Shown here: positions 26,151 through 39,600 of the stretch, piece by piece
How the letters are laid out: each line of letters starts with the position of its first letter
Numbering within the stretch: position 1 is the stretch's first letter
Origin: Mobula hypostoma
Taxonomy: Eukaryota
DNA: 64,000 nt
Assembly (NCBI RefSeq): GCF_963921235.1
Contig: NC_086097.1
Span: forward strand, 171,742,001-171,806,000
Reading direction: 5' to 3'
The notes under the pieces: model-generated
What the model saw: only the letters and a program-made list of their open reading frames with translations
Databases searched by the model: none
Told to the model about the DNA's origin: nothing
Made by a program: the position numbers and the translations under genes

Positions 26151-26249
26151 TCATTCAGTGTAAATATGTTGGCATGGATCTAATAGACTGAAGAACATAA
26201 TTTCTACATAACAGCTTAGTATAGCAACTTCCCTGCCCATGACCAGAAA

Positions 26250-26710
26250 CTGCAGAGAGTTGTGGACATGGCTTGCAGAAACCAGCCTCCCCTTCATGGA
26301 CTCTGCCTATTCTTCTTGTTGCATCAATAAAGCACGCAGTATAATTAAAGGCTCCACCCACCCCAGACATTCTTTTCCCTCTTCTTTTGGACAGAAGATA
26401 CAAAAGCATGAAAACATGTACCACCGGGCTTAAGAAGAGCTGCAAGGCCACCATTGTGAGAGTACTAAAGGGCTCCCTAAGCCAATAAATTGAACTCTTA
26501 ACCTCAATCTACCTGATTATGACCTTGCCCCCTAAAGTTTATCTGCACTGCACTATCTCTGTAGCTGTTTCACTTTATTCTGCATTGTTCTTGCTTTACC
26601 CTGTTCTACCTCAATGCATTATGTAATAAGCTGATCTGTATGAACAGTATGCAAGACAATTGTTTTAATGTGTCTCGCTATATGTGATATTAATAAACCA
26701 ATTCCAATTA
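26250..26710 (+). mobile_element. Rex1 3' end
   Basis: KARSIIKGSTHPRHSF; tail AATAAACCAATTCCAATT. Confidence 0.75.
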
Positions 26711-27264
26711 TTTTATGACCCTGGAAGATTTACAAGGGTGATGTCAGGGCTGGAAAACAATCCCACCCTACCCAGTCACCTCAGCACAATACATTGCATC
26801 CTATTTAACATGTCTGTCACTCAGATTCATCCATCAACTGGAAGAATGAGACACTCACTGCTTTATCAACATCAATCAAGATACTGATCACAGTGTCCTT
26901 ATTAAAATTGTTTGCTGCTTTAATCCCGACCTCCTGCTGACAAATTCCAAAGAAAGCACAGCTGCAACATAATTAATTGGGTGAAATAAATTTACCAAGT
27001 TTAATGAAGTTGTCCTTGAGATAAACAAGACGACATTACTTTCCTGCTTCACAATTGTGAGAGCATCATTCTTTCAAGTCATCAACTGTAGTGTTCAAAA
27101 TCATTCCTTAAGTTTTTAGAACGGCTCCCGAGATGAAGGGTAGGATTGGGGGAAGGGGTCTGTTTCTTCTTTGGAATTTTTTTAAAAATCCGCTGATCTC
27201 TGTAGTGAAAATGAAATTCTTAGATTGTAGAATCCAGATTGCAGCCCCTACAGGATGCAAGACA

Positions 27265-27560
27265 GCAACTCACCTTAGGTAACACGTTCCAAACCCATCA
27301 CCTCTAACATTAGAAAGACAAGGACTGCAAGGGCATGGGGGAATGCCACCATTTGGAAGTTGCACTTCAAACCGCACACCAACCTGACTTGGAAGTAATC
27401 GGCATTTCTCCTCCTTCACTGGGTCAAAGTACTGGAACTTCCTCCCTAATGGCATTGTGTATACCCAAATCTCAAGGAGTGCAGCAGCTCACTGCCATCT
27501 TCTCAAGGGCAGCTTAGGCTGGGCAATAAGACACTGGTTCAGCCTGTGAGGCCCACAGGA
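27265..27560 (+). mobile_element. LINE 3' end (CR1/L2 group); second copy at 57685-57883
   Basis: GSKYWNFLP motif; shared 3' UTR ...CAAGGGCA.TTAGG.TGGGCAATA..CTGG..CAGCCTG..GCCCACA. Confidence 0.6.
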
Positions 27561-27680
27561 CATGAGTTATAGGGAAAGGTTGAAGAGAACATTTAAACAT
27601 AAAACAGTAGCGCATAATACAAGCCCTTCAGTCCATGATTTTGTGCTGAGCTTTTAATCTACTGCGAGGTCAATTAAATA

Positions 27681-30110
27681 TAACCATATAACAATTACAG
27701 CACAGAATCAGGCCATCTCGGCCCTTCTAGTCCATGCTGAACTCTTACTCTCACCTGGTCCCACCGACCTGCACTCAGCCCGTAACCCTCCATTCCTTTC
27801 CTGTCCATATAGCGGTCCAATTTAACTTTAAACGACAACATCGAACCTGCCTCAACCACTTCTGCTGGAAGCTCGTTCCACACAGCTACCACTCTCTGAG
27901 TAAAGAAGTTACCCCTAAACTAAATGATAAGGCTATAAGATGTAGGAGCAGTATTAGGCCATTTGGCCCATCAAGTCTGTTCCATCTTTTCATTACGGCT
28001 GATTCATTTTCTTTCCCAAGCCCAGTCTCTTGCTTTCTCCCCGAATTCCTTCATGCCCTGACCAATCAAAAATTTATCAACCTCAGCCTTAAAAGTACAT
28101 TAAGACTTGGACTCCACAGCCACCTGGAAACAAATTTCACAGATTCAAAACCCACTGGCTAAAGAAATTCCCCCTCATCTCTCTTCTAAAAGTATCATCC
28201 TGGGTCCTCTGGTCCTGGACTTTCTTACCATAGCAAACATTCCCTGCACATCCATTCTACTAAGGTCTTTCATCATTCAATAGGTTAGGTCACTCCTCAT
28301 TCTTCTGAATTCGAGTGAACACAGACCTAGAGCCATCAAACACTTTTCATATGACAAGCCATTCAATCCTGGAATCATCTTTGTGAACCTCCTTTAAACC
28401 CTCTCCAATGTCAACACATCCTTTCTAAGATAATGGGCCCAAAACTGCTCACAATACTCCAAGTGAGGCCTCGCCAATGCTTATAAAGCCTCAACATTAT
28501 ATCCTTGCTTTTATATTCTAGTCCTCTTGAAATGAATGCTAACATTGCATTTGACTTCCTCACCATAGACTCAACTTGCAAATTAATCTTTAGGGAATCC
28601 TGCACAAGGACTCTCAAGTCCCTTTGAGCCTCATATTTTTGAATTTTCTCTCCATTTAGAAAATACTCTACCCTTTTATTTCTTCTACCAAAGTGCATGA
28701 CCATACATTTCCTGACACTATGTTCCATCTGCCACTTCTTTACCTTTTCTCCTGATCTGTCTAAGTCCTTCCGTAGCCTTTATACTTCTGCAAAACTAAC
28801 CTACCCTCCACCTATCTGTGTATCATTTGCAAATTTTGCAACAAAGCTATTAATTCCACCATTCAAGTCATTGACATATAACATTAAACATAATCAGTCA
28901 ACCCAGACCCCTGAAGAACACTACTAGTCACTGGCAGCCAACCAGAGAAGTTTCCCTTTATTCCCACTCTTTGCCTCTTGCACTGCTTTATCCGTGCTAG
29001 TATTCTTCCTGTAATTCTATAAGCTCTTAACCTGTTAAGCAGGCTCACGTGTGGCACCTTGTCAAAGACCTGAAAATCCAAATACACACCAACCAATTCT
29101 CTATTGTCTATCCTGCTTGCTATTTTGCAAAGAATTCCAACAGATTTGGCAGTCAAGATTTCCCCTTGAGGAAATCATGCTGACTATGGGCTAGTTTACC
29201 ATTTGCCTCCAAGTACCCTGAAACCACATCTTTAACAACCACCTCCAACATCTTCCCAACTACTGAGGTCAGTCTAACTGACCAATAGTTTCCTTTCTTC
29301 TGCCTCTCTCCCTTCTGGAAGAGTAGAGTGACACTTGCAATTTTCCAGTCTTCCAGAACCATTCCAGAATCTAGTGATTCTTGAAAGATTATTACTAATG
29401 CCTCCATAATCTCTTCAGCCACCTCTTTCAGAACCCTGGGGTGTACACCATCCGGTCCAGGTGACTTATCTACCTTCAGTTCTTTCAGTTTCCCAGGAAA
29501 GTTCTCCCTAGCAATCACAAATTCAAACAATTCTGCCTCCTGACTCTGGAAATTCCACTATACTGCTTGTGTCTTCCACAGTGAGGTCTGACGCAAAATA
29601 CTTTAAGTCTGTCCACCATTTCCTTGTTCCGCATTACTACCGCTCCAGCATCATTTTCCAGCAGTCCAATATCTGCTCTTACCTCTCTCTTACACTTTAT
29701 ATATCTGGAGAATCTTTTGGTATCCTCTATAATATTATTGGCTAGCTTACTTTCTTATTCCATCTTTTCCTTCTTAATAACTTTTATAGTTGGCTTCTGC
29801 TGGTTTTTAAAAGCTTCCTAATCCTCTAACTTCTCACTGTTTTTCCTCTATTATATGCCCTCTCTTTGGCTTTTATGTTGGCTTTGACTCTGTTGTTAGC
29901 TACGGTTGTGCAATCTTTCCTTTAGAATACTTCTTTGTTTTCAGGATGTATATATCCTGTGCCTTCCAAATTACTTCCAGAAATTCTAGCCATTGCTGCT
30001 CTGCTGTCATCCCTGCCAGTGTTCTTTTCCAATCAATTTTGGCCAACTGCTCTCTTAGGCCTCTGTAGTTCTCTTTACTCAAATGTATATTATTCCCTTC
30101 CACATAAGCA
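27681..30110 (-). mobile_element. CR1 LINEs: short 3' end (27681-27920) and long ORF2 copy (27933-30110)
   Basis: VAVWNELP; KSPGPDGVHPRVLKEVAEEI, YLDFQVFDKVPH, KCMVMHFGRRN. Confidence 0.9.
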
Positions 30111-30204
30111 TATGAATGAAAGATCAATCAAGGGCTAACTAGGAGTCTCCTAAATGTCATTAATATATCAGCTTCTACCACCACACCTGGCCTCAGTTAA
30201 GACT

Positions 30205-30560
30205 TTATTCCCTAGAGCATGGGAGAATGAGGGAAGACCTTCTAAAGTTATACAAAATTATGAGGGGTATACATGGGGTGAATGCATGCAGGCTTTTTTT
30301 ACCCTGAAGTTGGGTGGGAGGGGAACTAGAGGTCATATCTTTTGGGTGGAAGGTGAAGCATTCTAGGGGAATCTGACAGGAAGCTGCCAGCAGTAGCATA
30401 AGATGAGGGTCCAATTGTGATTTAAGACAAGCTTGGGTAGGTACATGAATGAGTGGGCTTGGAAGGAAACGGTCCATGTTTTAGGTAGATGGGACTAGAA
30501 AGATCAGGTTATCTTGAACTACAGGGGCCAAAGGGCCTGTTTTGTGTTGTAGTACTCTAT
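30205..30560 (+). mobile_element. CR1 3' fragment
   Basis: YKIMRGI and TRGH motifs; GGGCCAAAGGGCCTGT tail. Confidence 0.7.
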
Positions 30561-31404
30561 CCCTTGAATTAGTATTAAAAATCATGCCGTTAGATGCAGA
30601 GTAAGTGTGGGTGGAGATGGAAAAGTGTGCCAGTCTATTGCAGGAAGAATGGTCTCTTCAGAATGCTGGGAGAGTGGGGAGCGGGGAGGGAGATGGGATG
30701 GGGTGAGATGATGCATGCAGTAGCAGCATCGCTTTGAATGTGACAGAAATCACAGGATGGTATGGAGGCTAGTGGAATGGAAGTTCAGAGGAAGGGATCT
30801 TTACACATCTAAGAGGGCAGAGGCTAGAAGGAATGTGTGAAACAGAGAAGACATGGCTGAGAACACTATCAACTACAATAGAAGTGAAGTCATGGTTGGA
30901 GAAAAAAACAACAATGGAAAGCCTTGCAATCGGAACAAGAAATATCCGTCCTACTGAAGGGTCTCTGCCCAAAACGTCAACTGTACTCAGCATTTTGTGT
31001 GTGTTGCTTCGATTTTCAGCATCTGCGGATTTTCTCTTGCAAGCAATATCCATCAACACTTTCTCCAAGTTAAATATCACAGAGCCACTTTCTTGTTCAA
31101 TTATTTAATCTCCAAAGAAGTTTCAAAGACACTGAATTTCTGTAACTAAGGCCAATAGGTTCTATCTTTGAAGTATTAATCAGCTTCCCTATGATGCCAC
31201 ATCCTTAGATTTAAACTGCTGCATAAAAGTAAATCCAATTACACACAGAATGAAAATTAAATCTCTTACCATTGAAATATCTTGCTTGCACAGCTATGCA
31301 AACTCAGATCAACATTTTAAGGCTTCTTGTTAAAATAGATGCTGAAGGATTTCATATCAGGAAACGTCCAGGAGACTTGAAACAAAAGCAGTGCAGCCAA
31401 GACA

Positions 31405-33520
31405 ATTAACAGAGAGCGATAGCATTAGTAATAACTACATAATAATGAAGCAAGAGAGAACAGGTACTAAATACCACAGGGAACAAGGTAACTGAAGTTA
31501 GGAGCAACTGGGTGAGGCTTGCTGGTTCAATGGGTGAACAAGGACAGTGGATGCGAGCTGGGTTTAAATAGGCTGCAGGTGATGAGTTGAAAACAAGTGG
31601 CAGGTGATTTATTAGCTGGGTGGAGACTGGGAAATTGGGAGCTGCCTGCCTGTGCAGGCCTGACAGGACAAATCCTCTTCCCCCCCCCCCCCACCATCCT
31701 CGCCCCTCAGCCTGCATCCAAAGGCCCAGGATGATCTGGATGGGTCTGGTCAAAACTTTTGATGAACGACGGATGCAAGGAGAAACTGGACAGCATCCAA
31801 GAACCCTACTTTGAGCTGTACCCTTCCAGGTACTGCACACTCCACCTATGATGACAGGAATCTATCAGCTGACGATCTGTGTACACTGGACCACCTTCCA
31901 CCATCCTTGACTCTGGAGGTGCAGGCTCAGGTGGGTTGTACGGTCCATGGACTACAGGCTTGTGGCAGGACATGTGGAAGTTAGGTGTGATGCTATGGGA
32001 CGGCAACAGCTGGAGGTGGTAAATGACTAATTTGATGTATGCGTAACCCTGAAGGTACCAATGAATCAGGGTGAGAGTTTGCGGCAGTCGGTGCACAGGG
32101 GGAGATCTCGGGTGGACAGCCAGACGGAGTAGTCTGGCTGTGTGCCAGCAGAGCTTGGCCTGATGGCAGTTGGTGTGGTTGGCAGCCAGAATGGCTCTCT
32201 ATGCCCTCTTTCAAATATTCCAGCAGCAGCAAATGAAACACCTGGCAGATGGGATTTCCACCATTGGCTCCTCCACAGGAACATCAGGTGTTGATACCCA
32301 TGAAGCAATTCAAAGGATGACATACCCATGGCAGATGATGTGTGTAGGTTGTGAGACAGTTCAGCCCATAGCAGAAACTTCTTCCATGTGGAAGGATTAG
32401 AGGTGGTGAATCGTCGCAGAAACCTCTTCACTTGCTGATTTGCTCTTCCTCACTGACTGTAGACCTACAGATGATAGCCAGAGGACAAACTCACTGAGGT
32501 GCAGAGGAGGAAGCAAAAGGCTCGACAGAAGCTGGAGATGAATTGTGGTTCCTGGTCCGACACAATGACCCGAGAGAAACCATGGAGGCAAACTACCTGT
32601 TGGAGAACCAGGTCTGCCATCTCAGTGGCTAATGGAAATTTGGAGAGTGCGATGTTAAGTGGGCACATCTTAGAGAACTAGTCCACCACTGTCAGTGGCC
32701 TCATCAGAAAGTGGCAAACCCATGACAAAGTCCATGGTGATGTGGGGCCATGGGCATTGGGGCACAGGTAAGGGCCATAGGAGCCAAAAGGACTGCTGTT
32801 TGGATGAATTGGACTGGACACACTGAGGGCAGGCAGATGTACTTCTACGACCGTGACAGACCATCGGAAACAGCACGACAAAAAATCCATGGTTTTTCAT
32901 GCATCTGGATAGCTAGAGAGGGGTAAGGAGTGGGCCCACTGGAGTGCCAAAGAGCACATGGACACCAGCATATACATGCAGTTGTCAGGAGTGTCGGCTG
33001 GAGCAGGCTCATGCTGTAGGGCTTGGCAGTTCTGGTTCTCACGGTCCCAGATGCATCAGGGTGAGGATCTGGGAGGTGGGGATGGTGTAACCGAACCATT
33101 TTGGCAGGGCATCTGCCTTACTGTTCTTGGAGCCAGGTCAGTAGGAGATTTGTTTGAAGTAAAGGGCTCAACGAGCCTGAGTTGGTGGGTCTTGTGAATG
33201 GATATGAGGTTCAAGTAGTCAGTCTAGATCAGGAAAGGCTTGGTTTTTCCCATCAGCTGATGTCCACACTCCTACAAGGCCCATTTAATGGTGAGGAGCT
33301 CCCTGTCTCTTACTGCATAATGACACTGTATAAAGTTGTACTTGCATGAGACAAAGGCACAAGAGTATGGCTTCTTGTCTGATTCTTCATGGGAGAGGAT
33401 GGCCCCAACACCCAAGTCAGATGCATCCACCTCTATCACAAATGATCCAGAGGCTTTGGATGGCAGAGAATGGGAACAGCGGTGAAGCATCTCTTGAGCT
33501 CCTTGAAAACGTGATCCATT
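31405..33520 (-). mobile_element. Chromodomain-bearing Gypsy (Sushi-like): RNase H, integrase, chromodomain, PPT, partial LTR
   Basis: FVIEVDASDLGVGAILS; PWPHITMDFVMGLP; IVSDQEPQF; YTDRQLIDS..VQYLEGY; G-rich PPT at ~31674-31692, then TGTCA from 31665. Confidence 0.85.
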
Positions 33521-33859
33521 GCAGTAGGCCAGGGTATCTGTGAGGTACACAGTGGACTGAGCTAGAGGAAGGTAAAGCAATAACAATGCAGAATGAACGT
33601 AAAAGCTACTGATAAAGTGCATTGCAATAAATGATAAATTGCAATATGATAACAAGGTTGATTGTGAGGCCAAGAGTTTATCTCATCATAAAAGAGTTCT
33701 GTTCAAGGGTCTGATCACTGTAGGATAGAAAGTGTCTTTGAACCTATAAGGTTACAAAATGGACCTCTCATATGGTAAGACCTCACATTTACCTTCTCAC
33801 AACTCTGCACCTTATTATCTATCCACACTGTAACACAATGTCCCAACTCATGTACTGAA

Positions 33860-33995
33860 GATCTGATAAATGGTCTCAGCCCAAAATGTCAACTCTTTAT
33901 TCCACTCCATAGATGCTGCCTGACCTCCTGTGTTCCTCCAGCACTTTTTATGGTTACTCTGGATTTCCAGCATCTGTAGAATCCCGTGTGTTTAT
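33860..33995 (+). mobile_element. Penelope pLTR remnant with the terminal tail in normal orientation
   Basis: Decayed CTGATAA..CAAAA core, ATAGATGCTGCCTGACC, tail GATTTCCAGCATCTG..GTGTTT. Confidence 0.65.
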
Positions 33996-34204
33996 GATCC
34001 TATACTCAATGACCTAACTGATGTAGGCAGGCTTGCCAAATGTCTTCTTCAATACCTTCTCCACCTATGTCATTAATTTAAAAGAACCATGTCCAGGTCT
34101 TGTTATTTTACAACACTCTCCAGAACTCTATCATTTACTGTCAAGTCCTGCCCAGGATTAACTGACGAAAATAATTACTAGCTAAATAATTAAAATATTA
34201 AACT

Positions 34205-36205
34205 GTGGATAGTGAAGATGACTGGGAAAGAATACAGCGCGATATAGATCAGTTGCAGATCTGGGAAGAAAAATGGCAGATGGAGTTTAACTTGGCCAAG
34301 TGTGAAGTATTGCATCTTGATAGGTCAAGATGGCAGCTCGACTGGTCGCAATGGTTTCTACAGGGTCAACAAGAGGTGTTACCGTTATACTTAAATGTAC
34401 ATCTAATGATTGCAAAATCCTGCTATTCATTAAGAACTCAAAGGACTGCAGGTCTACAGCATCAACGAGTTGCTCGCTGGCGGTGATAATGAAGGAGCTG
34501 CGCAACGTGCTGCTGCCTGAGTCGATGGAGGCTCACAGTCAAATAGTGAGTGGCCATCATGGTCGCTTTTCTTGTGATCTCAAGACCCCTTTGGACATTG
34601 TTAATGCGGTATGCTGCAATCAGTAAATAAATCAATTCGCTTATTTACTGAATGGGAGCAGGGGCGGATGGAGGGGGCCAAATCCTCCGTCCGAGCGAGG
34701 ATTAAGCCTGAAGCCGCCACAGTGTTGCCTGTTTGCTGCTACCTGGAGTGAGGGGACAAAGCCATTGCACTTCACCAGGGGCGGTGTGCCACAGAGTTCA
34801 GCACGGGGTCAGGACTGCCCTCCCAGAGTTTCGTTCGGCAGAAGACAAGTTCTGTTGTGGCCGACTGCAGATTGTTTAGCGGCACTCAATGGACTTGGGC
34901 CTCAAGCTGTGGGGTCACTTACCTTTCAGACACCAGAGGAAAGGCGTTCAAGCTATCGTGCTCTACCAGAAGTGGCATAGTGCAGTGGTGGAAGATTTTA
35001 AATGGACTGAGGAGTCAGGACTACATACATATATATTTCTCTGCTTGTGTTTTTACTAATATTCTATATGTACTTGTTTATCCAGGGACTGGACCTCAAA
35101 ACCATGGATTCGCTTAGCGGGAGCTGGGCGTTGGGACGAGGACTGGGCCTCAAAGCCATGGTGTCACCTGGTGGGTGTTAGGGGCCAGTCAACAGATATC
35201 AGTGGGCTGGGGGGTCTGGACTATATATATTTTTACTGACATTCTACATGGGCTTGTTGACTTGTATGCATCAAGCCACAGTGTCATCAGGGTGGTGGGA
35301 GATGATGAGCCTCAAGACACTTATTACATGATTGTTGTGTGTGTACTGTGTCCGACTGTTAGTTATGTGTCTTTGCACCTTGACCCCATAGTAACGCTGT
35401 CTCATTTGGCTGGATTCATGAGTATTCATATATGGTTAAATGACAATTAAACTTGAAGTGAATTGAATTGAATTGAAATGTAAAAAGACAGTACACTTAA
35501 CAGTGTTGATATACAGAGAGATCTTGAGATCCAAACTCATAGCTCCCGACAGTGGCTACATGGGATCATAGGGTGGTTAAGAAGACATATGGCAGGCTTG
35601 CCTTTATTAGACAAGGCATTGAGTTCAAAAGTCAGGAAGTTATGTTCCAGCTTTATAAACCTCTGATTAGCCACATTTGGGGTATTGCATACAGATCTAG
35701 TCACCCCATTATATGAAAGACGGTGAGGCTTTGGAGGGGGTGGTGAAGAGGTTTACCAAAATGCTGCCTGGATCAGAGGATATGTGCTGTAACAAGAGGC
35801 TGGACAAACTTTGACTGTTTTCTTTGGAGTGGCAGGGCTGAGGGGAGATCCTACAAAGGTTTATAATATTATGAGAAGCATAGAAGAGTAGACGGACAAC
35901 ATCTTTTTCCCAGGGTTGAAATGTCTAATAACAAAGAACATGCATTTAAGGTGAGAGGGGATCATTTTAAAGGAGACGTGAGAGGCAAGCTTTTTTTTAC
36001 ACAGAGTGTGCTGCCTGGGCTGGTGGTGAGGTGGTTACAGCGACTTTTAAGAGGCGTTAAGATAGGCACCTGAATGTGAGGGAAATGGAGAGATATGGAT
36101 ATCATGTAGGCATAAGGGGTTAGTTTAGTTGGCCATTTGAATGCTAATTTATTTGGTTCGGCACAACATTGTGGGCCAATGCTCTTGTTTCTGTGTTAGA
36201 CTGGT
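34205..36205 (+). mobile_element. CR1 3' part, split by a 1.15-kb insert
   Basis: IQRDIDQLQIWEEKWQMEFN..CEVLHLDRS; resumes at 35477. Confidence 0.85.
34328..35476 (+). mobile_element. Non-coding non-autonomous retroposon with a (TTGAA)n tail
   Basis: Cleanly interrupts CR1 (TAGGTCA|AATGTA); starts at AAGATGGC; internal GGACTGGGCCTCAA repeats; no recognisable ORF. Confidence 0.65.
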
Positions 36206-37110
36206 TCAAAGGTTCATTTATTATCAAAGTATGCAACTCTGAAAATCTTCTTCTCCTGGTAACCATGAAACCAAGAAAAAAAGGAAAGGCAGCATGATCT
36301 CCAACCTTAAATTCCCCCTGCCCACACAAATAAAAACAAACAAAATGGAACAGGCACGTCAACCGTCAAATCCCAGCTCCTGCACAAAAATCAAACAAAC
36401 AGAACATGTACATCAACCTGAAATTGCTCCTCCTGCACAAAATAAACAAGAAAGGTCAGGAGGAAAACACAGAATATAAAAAAACTATAAGACTGAAAAA
36501 AGTCTATAGTCCAAGTCCACATCCAGAACATAGAAAACCTGGGTAACATTCTCCGGGCTCAATGGCAGCCTTTCCCCTCTCCGATAGCAGCGATTAAAAG
36601 GCAGTCTCCCTCTCTTACAGCAAAGCAATCCCCCCAGCGATTAAAAGGCAGCCTCCCCTCTCCAGGAGAAGAGTGGTTAAAAAACAAATACCTTCCGCAT
36701 TCATCTCGATGTTTTGATTTCCCTCGACTCTTTAATCAGCGAACAATGGAAGCTTTATTCGGCGAAATGGAGTCCAACATTGGCTCATGCCCTGTCCCAC
36801 AGACTGTTTGTTCTATGTTCTAAATTCTAAAATGCAACTTGTCCAATTTTAAAGTTCAAGTTCAAAGTATATTTATTATCAAAGTATGTGTTAAGCTATA
36901 CAACCTTGAGATTTGTCTCCATACAGTCACAAAACAGGAAACCCGAAAGGACCCATTAAAAACAGACCCTAATGTGCAGAGAGAGAGAAAAAGCACAAAT
37001 TGGTGCAAACAATAAAAACCAGTAAGAGCATTCAGAACAAAAGTGAGTCCATAGACACGAAACCCAGAGCAGGACCACGGCCTCATGCTCAGTTCATCAC
37101 ACAGTGGAGC
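36204..37110 (-). mobile_element. Two non-autonomous elements with (TTTGAAC)-type tails; related piece at 9746-9880
   Basis: Shared end GTTCAAAG..TTTATTATCAAAGTA at 36204, 36854 and 9751. Confidence 0.55.
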
Positions 37111-37114
37111 AGGC

Positions 37115-37650
37115 TGAAGTGGTGTGGAAAGAAGTACTGAAGTGATAATAACGGGATATCCAAGAGAGGTTGAGTTAAGACTCTGAGAACGTGGCAGCGC
37201 CACCAGGAAGGTGGTGTGAAAGAGGTGATTGGTTTAGGAGTCTGATAGCAGCGGGGAAGCAGCTGATCTTGTGACTCATTGTGTGGATATTCAAACTCCT
37301 ACACCTTCTCCCAGAAGGTAGAGGAGAGAAAAGAAAATGGCAAGGGTTACAGATATACCATTAACTTTCCCGAAGCGATGCATTGTGAAGATGGACTGGA
37401 TGGAAGGAGGTGAGGAGTCAGTGATGGACTGCGCAGATCAGAATACTGTTTACCTGAGCCCCTCCTTTGGTCTAGGTTGACCATGGATGACACATCCTAG
37501 CTGAATACATGATACGCAAGCTAGGGCAGTACAATATGGAGACCAGGCTGTTGCCCACTCCATACAGACGATGAATCCACAGGAATGGCAGAGACCCATA
37601 CAGTTTGGCACCAACGACAGCACAGGAGTTGACAGTCAGCATTAAACTTA
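37115..37650 (-). mobile_element. Old Rex1-like 3' fragment
   Basis: LLPLGEGVGV (SGRR-like) region and TNHLFHTTFL. Confidence 0.45.
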
Positions 37651-37651
37651 A

Positions 37652-39215
37652 CATAGGACATAGAACATTACAGCACAGGAAAAGGCCATTCAATCTATAA
37701 TGTTGTGCCGAACCAACTAAAATGCAAATCAAAAACACCCAAACACTAATCCCTCCTACCTAAACCATGTCAATATCCCTCCATCTTCATTACATCCATG
37801 TGCCTATCCAAACATCTCTTAAAAGCCTCCAATGTCTTTGCCTCTTTCCACCATACCAGGCAGCGCATTCCAAGTATCCACCACTCTCTGAGTAAAAAAT
37901 TTCCCCCTCACATCCCCTTTGAACTTACTCCCTCTCGTCTTCAGTGCATGCCCTCTGGTATTAAACATTTCAACCCTGGGAAACAGATACTCTCTGTCCA
38001 CTCTATCTATACCTCTCATAATCCTGTAAACCTCTATCTCCCTTCAGTCTCCGGCGCTCAGTAACAACAACCCAAGTTTATCCAGTCTCCCATGATAGCA
38101 CATGCCCTCTAAACTAGGCAGGATTCTTATAAACCTTTTCTTCACCCTCTCCAAAACTTCAACATCTTTCCTATAGTGGGGCAAATAGAATTGTACACAG
38201 TACTCCAGATGTGGCCGAACCAGAGTTTTAAAACATTGCAACATGACCTCTTACTTTTGAACTCACTGCCTCGAATAATAAGAGAAAGCATTCCAGAAGT
38301 CTTCTTGACCACCTTATCAACCTGTGTAGCCACTTTCAAGGGGCTATGAATTTGGATCCCAAGATCCCTCTGTTCAGCCCTTAACAGTGTACCATCTCTT
38401 TGTATTTGCCCTATCAAGGTGCAACTCATCACACTTGTCCGGGTAAAACTCCATCTGCCATTTCTCTGCCCATATCTGCAACAGATCTATATCGCACTGT
38501 ATACTTTGCCGGTCTCCTACACTATCCACAACCCCACCAATCTTGGTATCATCTGCAAATTTACTAATCCACCCATCCATATTCCCCCCCTCCCCCTTTT
38601 CCTTCTCCCTGGGCCTCCTGCCCATGATCCTTTCATATCCCTTTTACCAATCACCTGTCCAGCTCTTGGCTCCATCCCTCCCCCTTCTGTCTTCTCCTAT
38701 CATTTTGGATCTCCCCCTCGGCCTCCCACTTTCCACTTACTAGCTCTTCCTTCAGTTAGTCCTGGCGAAGGGTCTCAGTCCAAAACGTTGACTGTACCTC
38801 TTCCTAGAGATGCTGCCTGGCCTGTTGCGTTCACCAGCAACTTTGATGTATGTTGCATATTTTCATCCAGGTTATTTATATACTGTACATCACAAACAGC
38901 AGAGGTCCCAGAGCAGATTCCTGCAGAACACCACTAATTACAGACCTCCAGCTTGCATAAGTCCCTTCAACCACTACCCTCTGTTGCCGACGTACAAGCC
39001 AGTTCTGAATCGAAATAGCCAATTTGCTGCGCATCCCATGCAGCGCAGCGTAATCTTCTGGATTAGCCTTCCATGAGGGACTTTGTCAAACACCCCATGT
39101 ATTTCCAAATGCTCATATATCCAATCCCTAAGAATCTTCTCTAGCAATCTCCCTACCACTAATGTGAGACTCACTGGTCTATAGTTGCCAGGATTTTCCC
39201 TTGTTCTCTTCTTAA
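37652..39215 (-). mobile_element. CR1 RT to 3' end, internally deleted
   Basis: NYRPVSLTLVVG, ISKFADDTKIGG, LVRPHLEYCVQF, FFTQRVVDTWNALP. Confidence 0.9.
38584..38856 (+). mobile_element. Penelope-like pLTR insert (sister of 14291-14631)
   Basis: TSD ATATT at 38579-38583 and 38857-38861; hammerhead core mutated (CTGGCGA...CAAAA). Confidence 0.8.
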
Positions 39216-39249
39216 CATTATTCACTCCTCAGTCCTCCACAACTGCCTT

Positions 39250-39600
39250 ATGCATTTCAGCTCTGGATTTTTCCTTGGGGTTTACTCCCGAAGTTTTCCC
39301 TGTGAGTGGGTATAGCCTCAAAGCAGCGGAGGTTTGAGATCATTGTTTTCTTTCTCCTAGATAAGCTGCCAACCACGGCTGACAAGCCCATCTGCCTGAA
39401 GCGACTGTTTTTAAGGCGCCAGTAACACACTTTTGCCCCTTTTGCTGTCAGCAGAAACGGTTCTGCCAGGCTTTGTAGCTAAGCTACATGTGAAGGCCAA
39501 GAGTTGAACTTGATTGTCAGAGGCTAAATGAGACACATGCCATTGGGAGTATTTAATAGGTTGTGGAAGTTTATCTCTACTACATCCCCTGGCTCTGACA
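39250..39600 (-). mobile_element. Possible RTE-related non-autonomous element
   Basis: TTTCTCCTAGATAAGCTGCCAACCACGGCTGAC resembles RTE 5' UTR sequence; resemblance only. Confidence 0.3.

Noticed and set aside
31806..33520. RTL1/PEG10-like domesticated gene
   Set aside because: Many stops and frameshifts, with PPT and LTR retained
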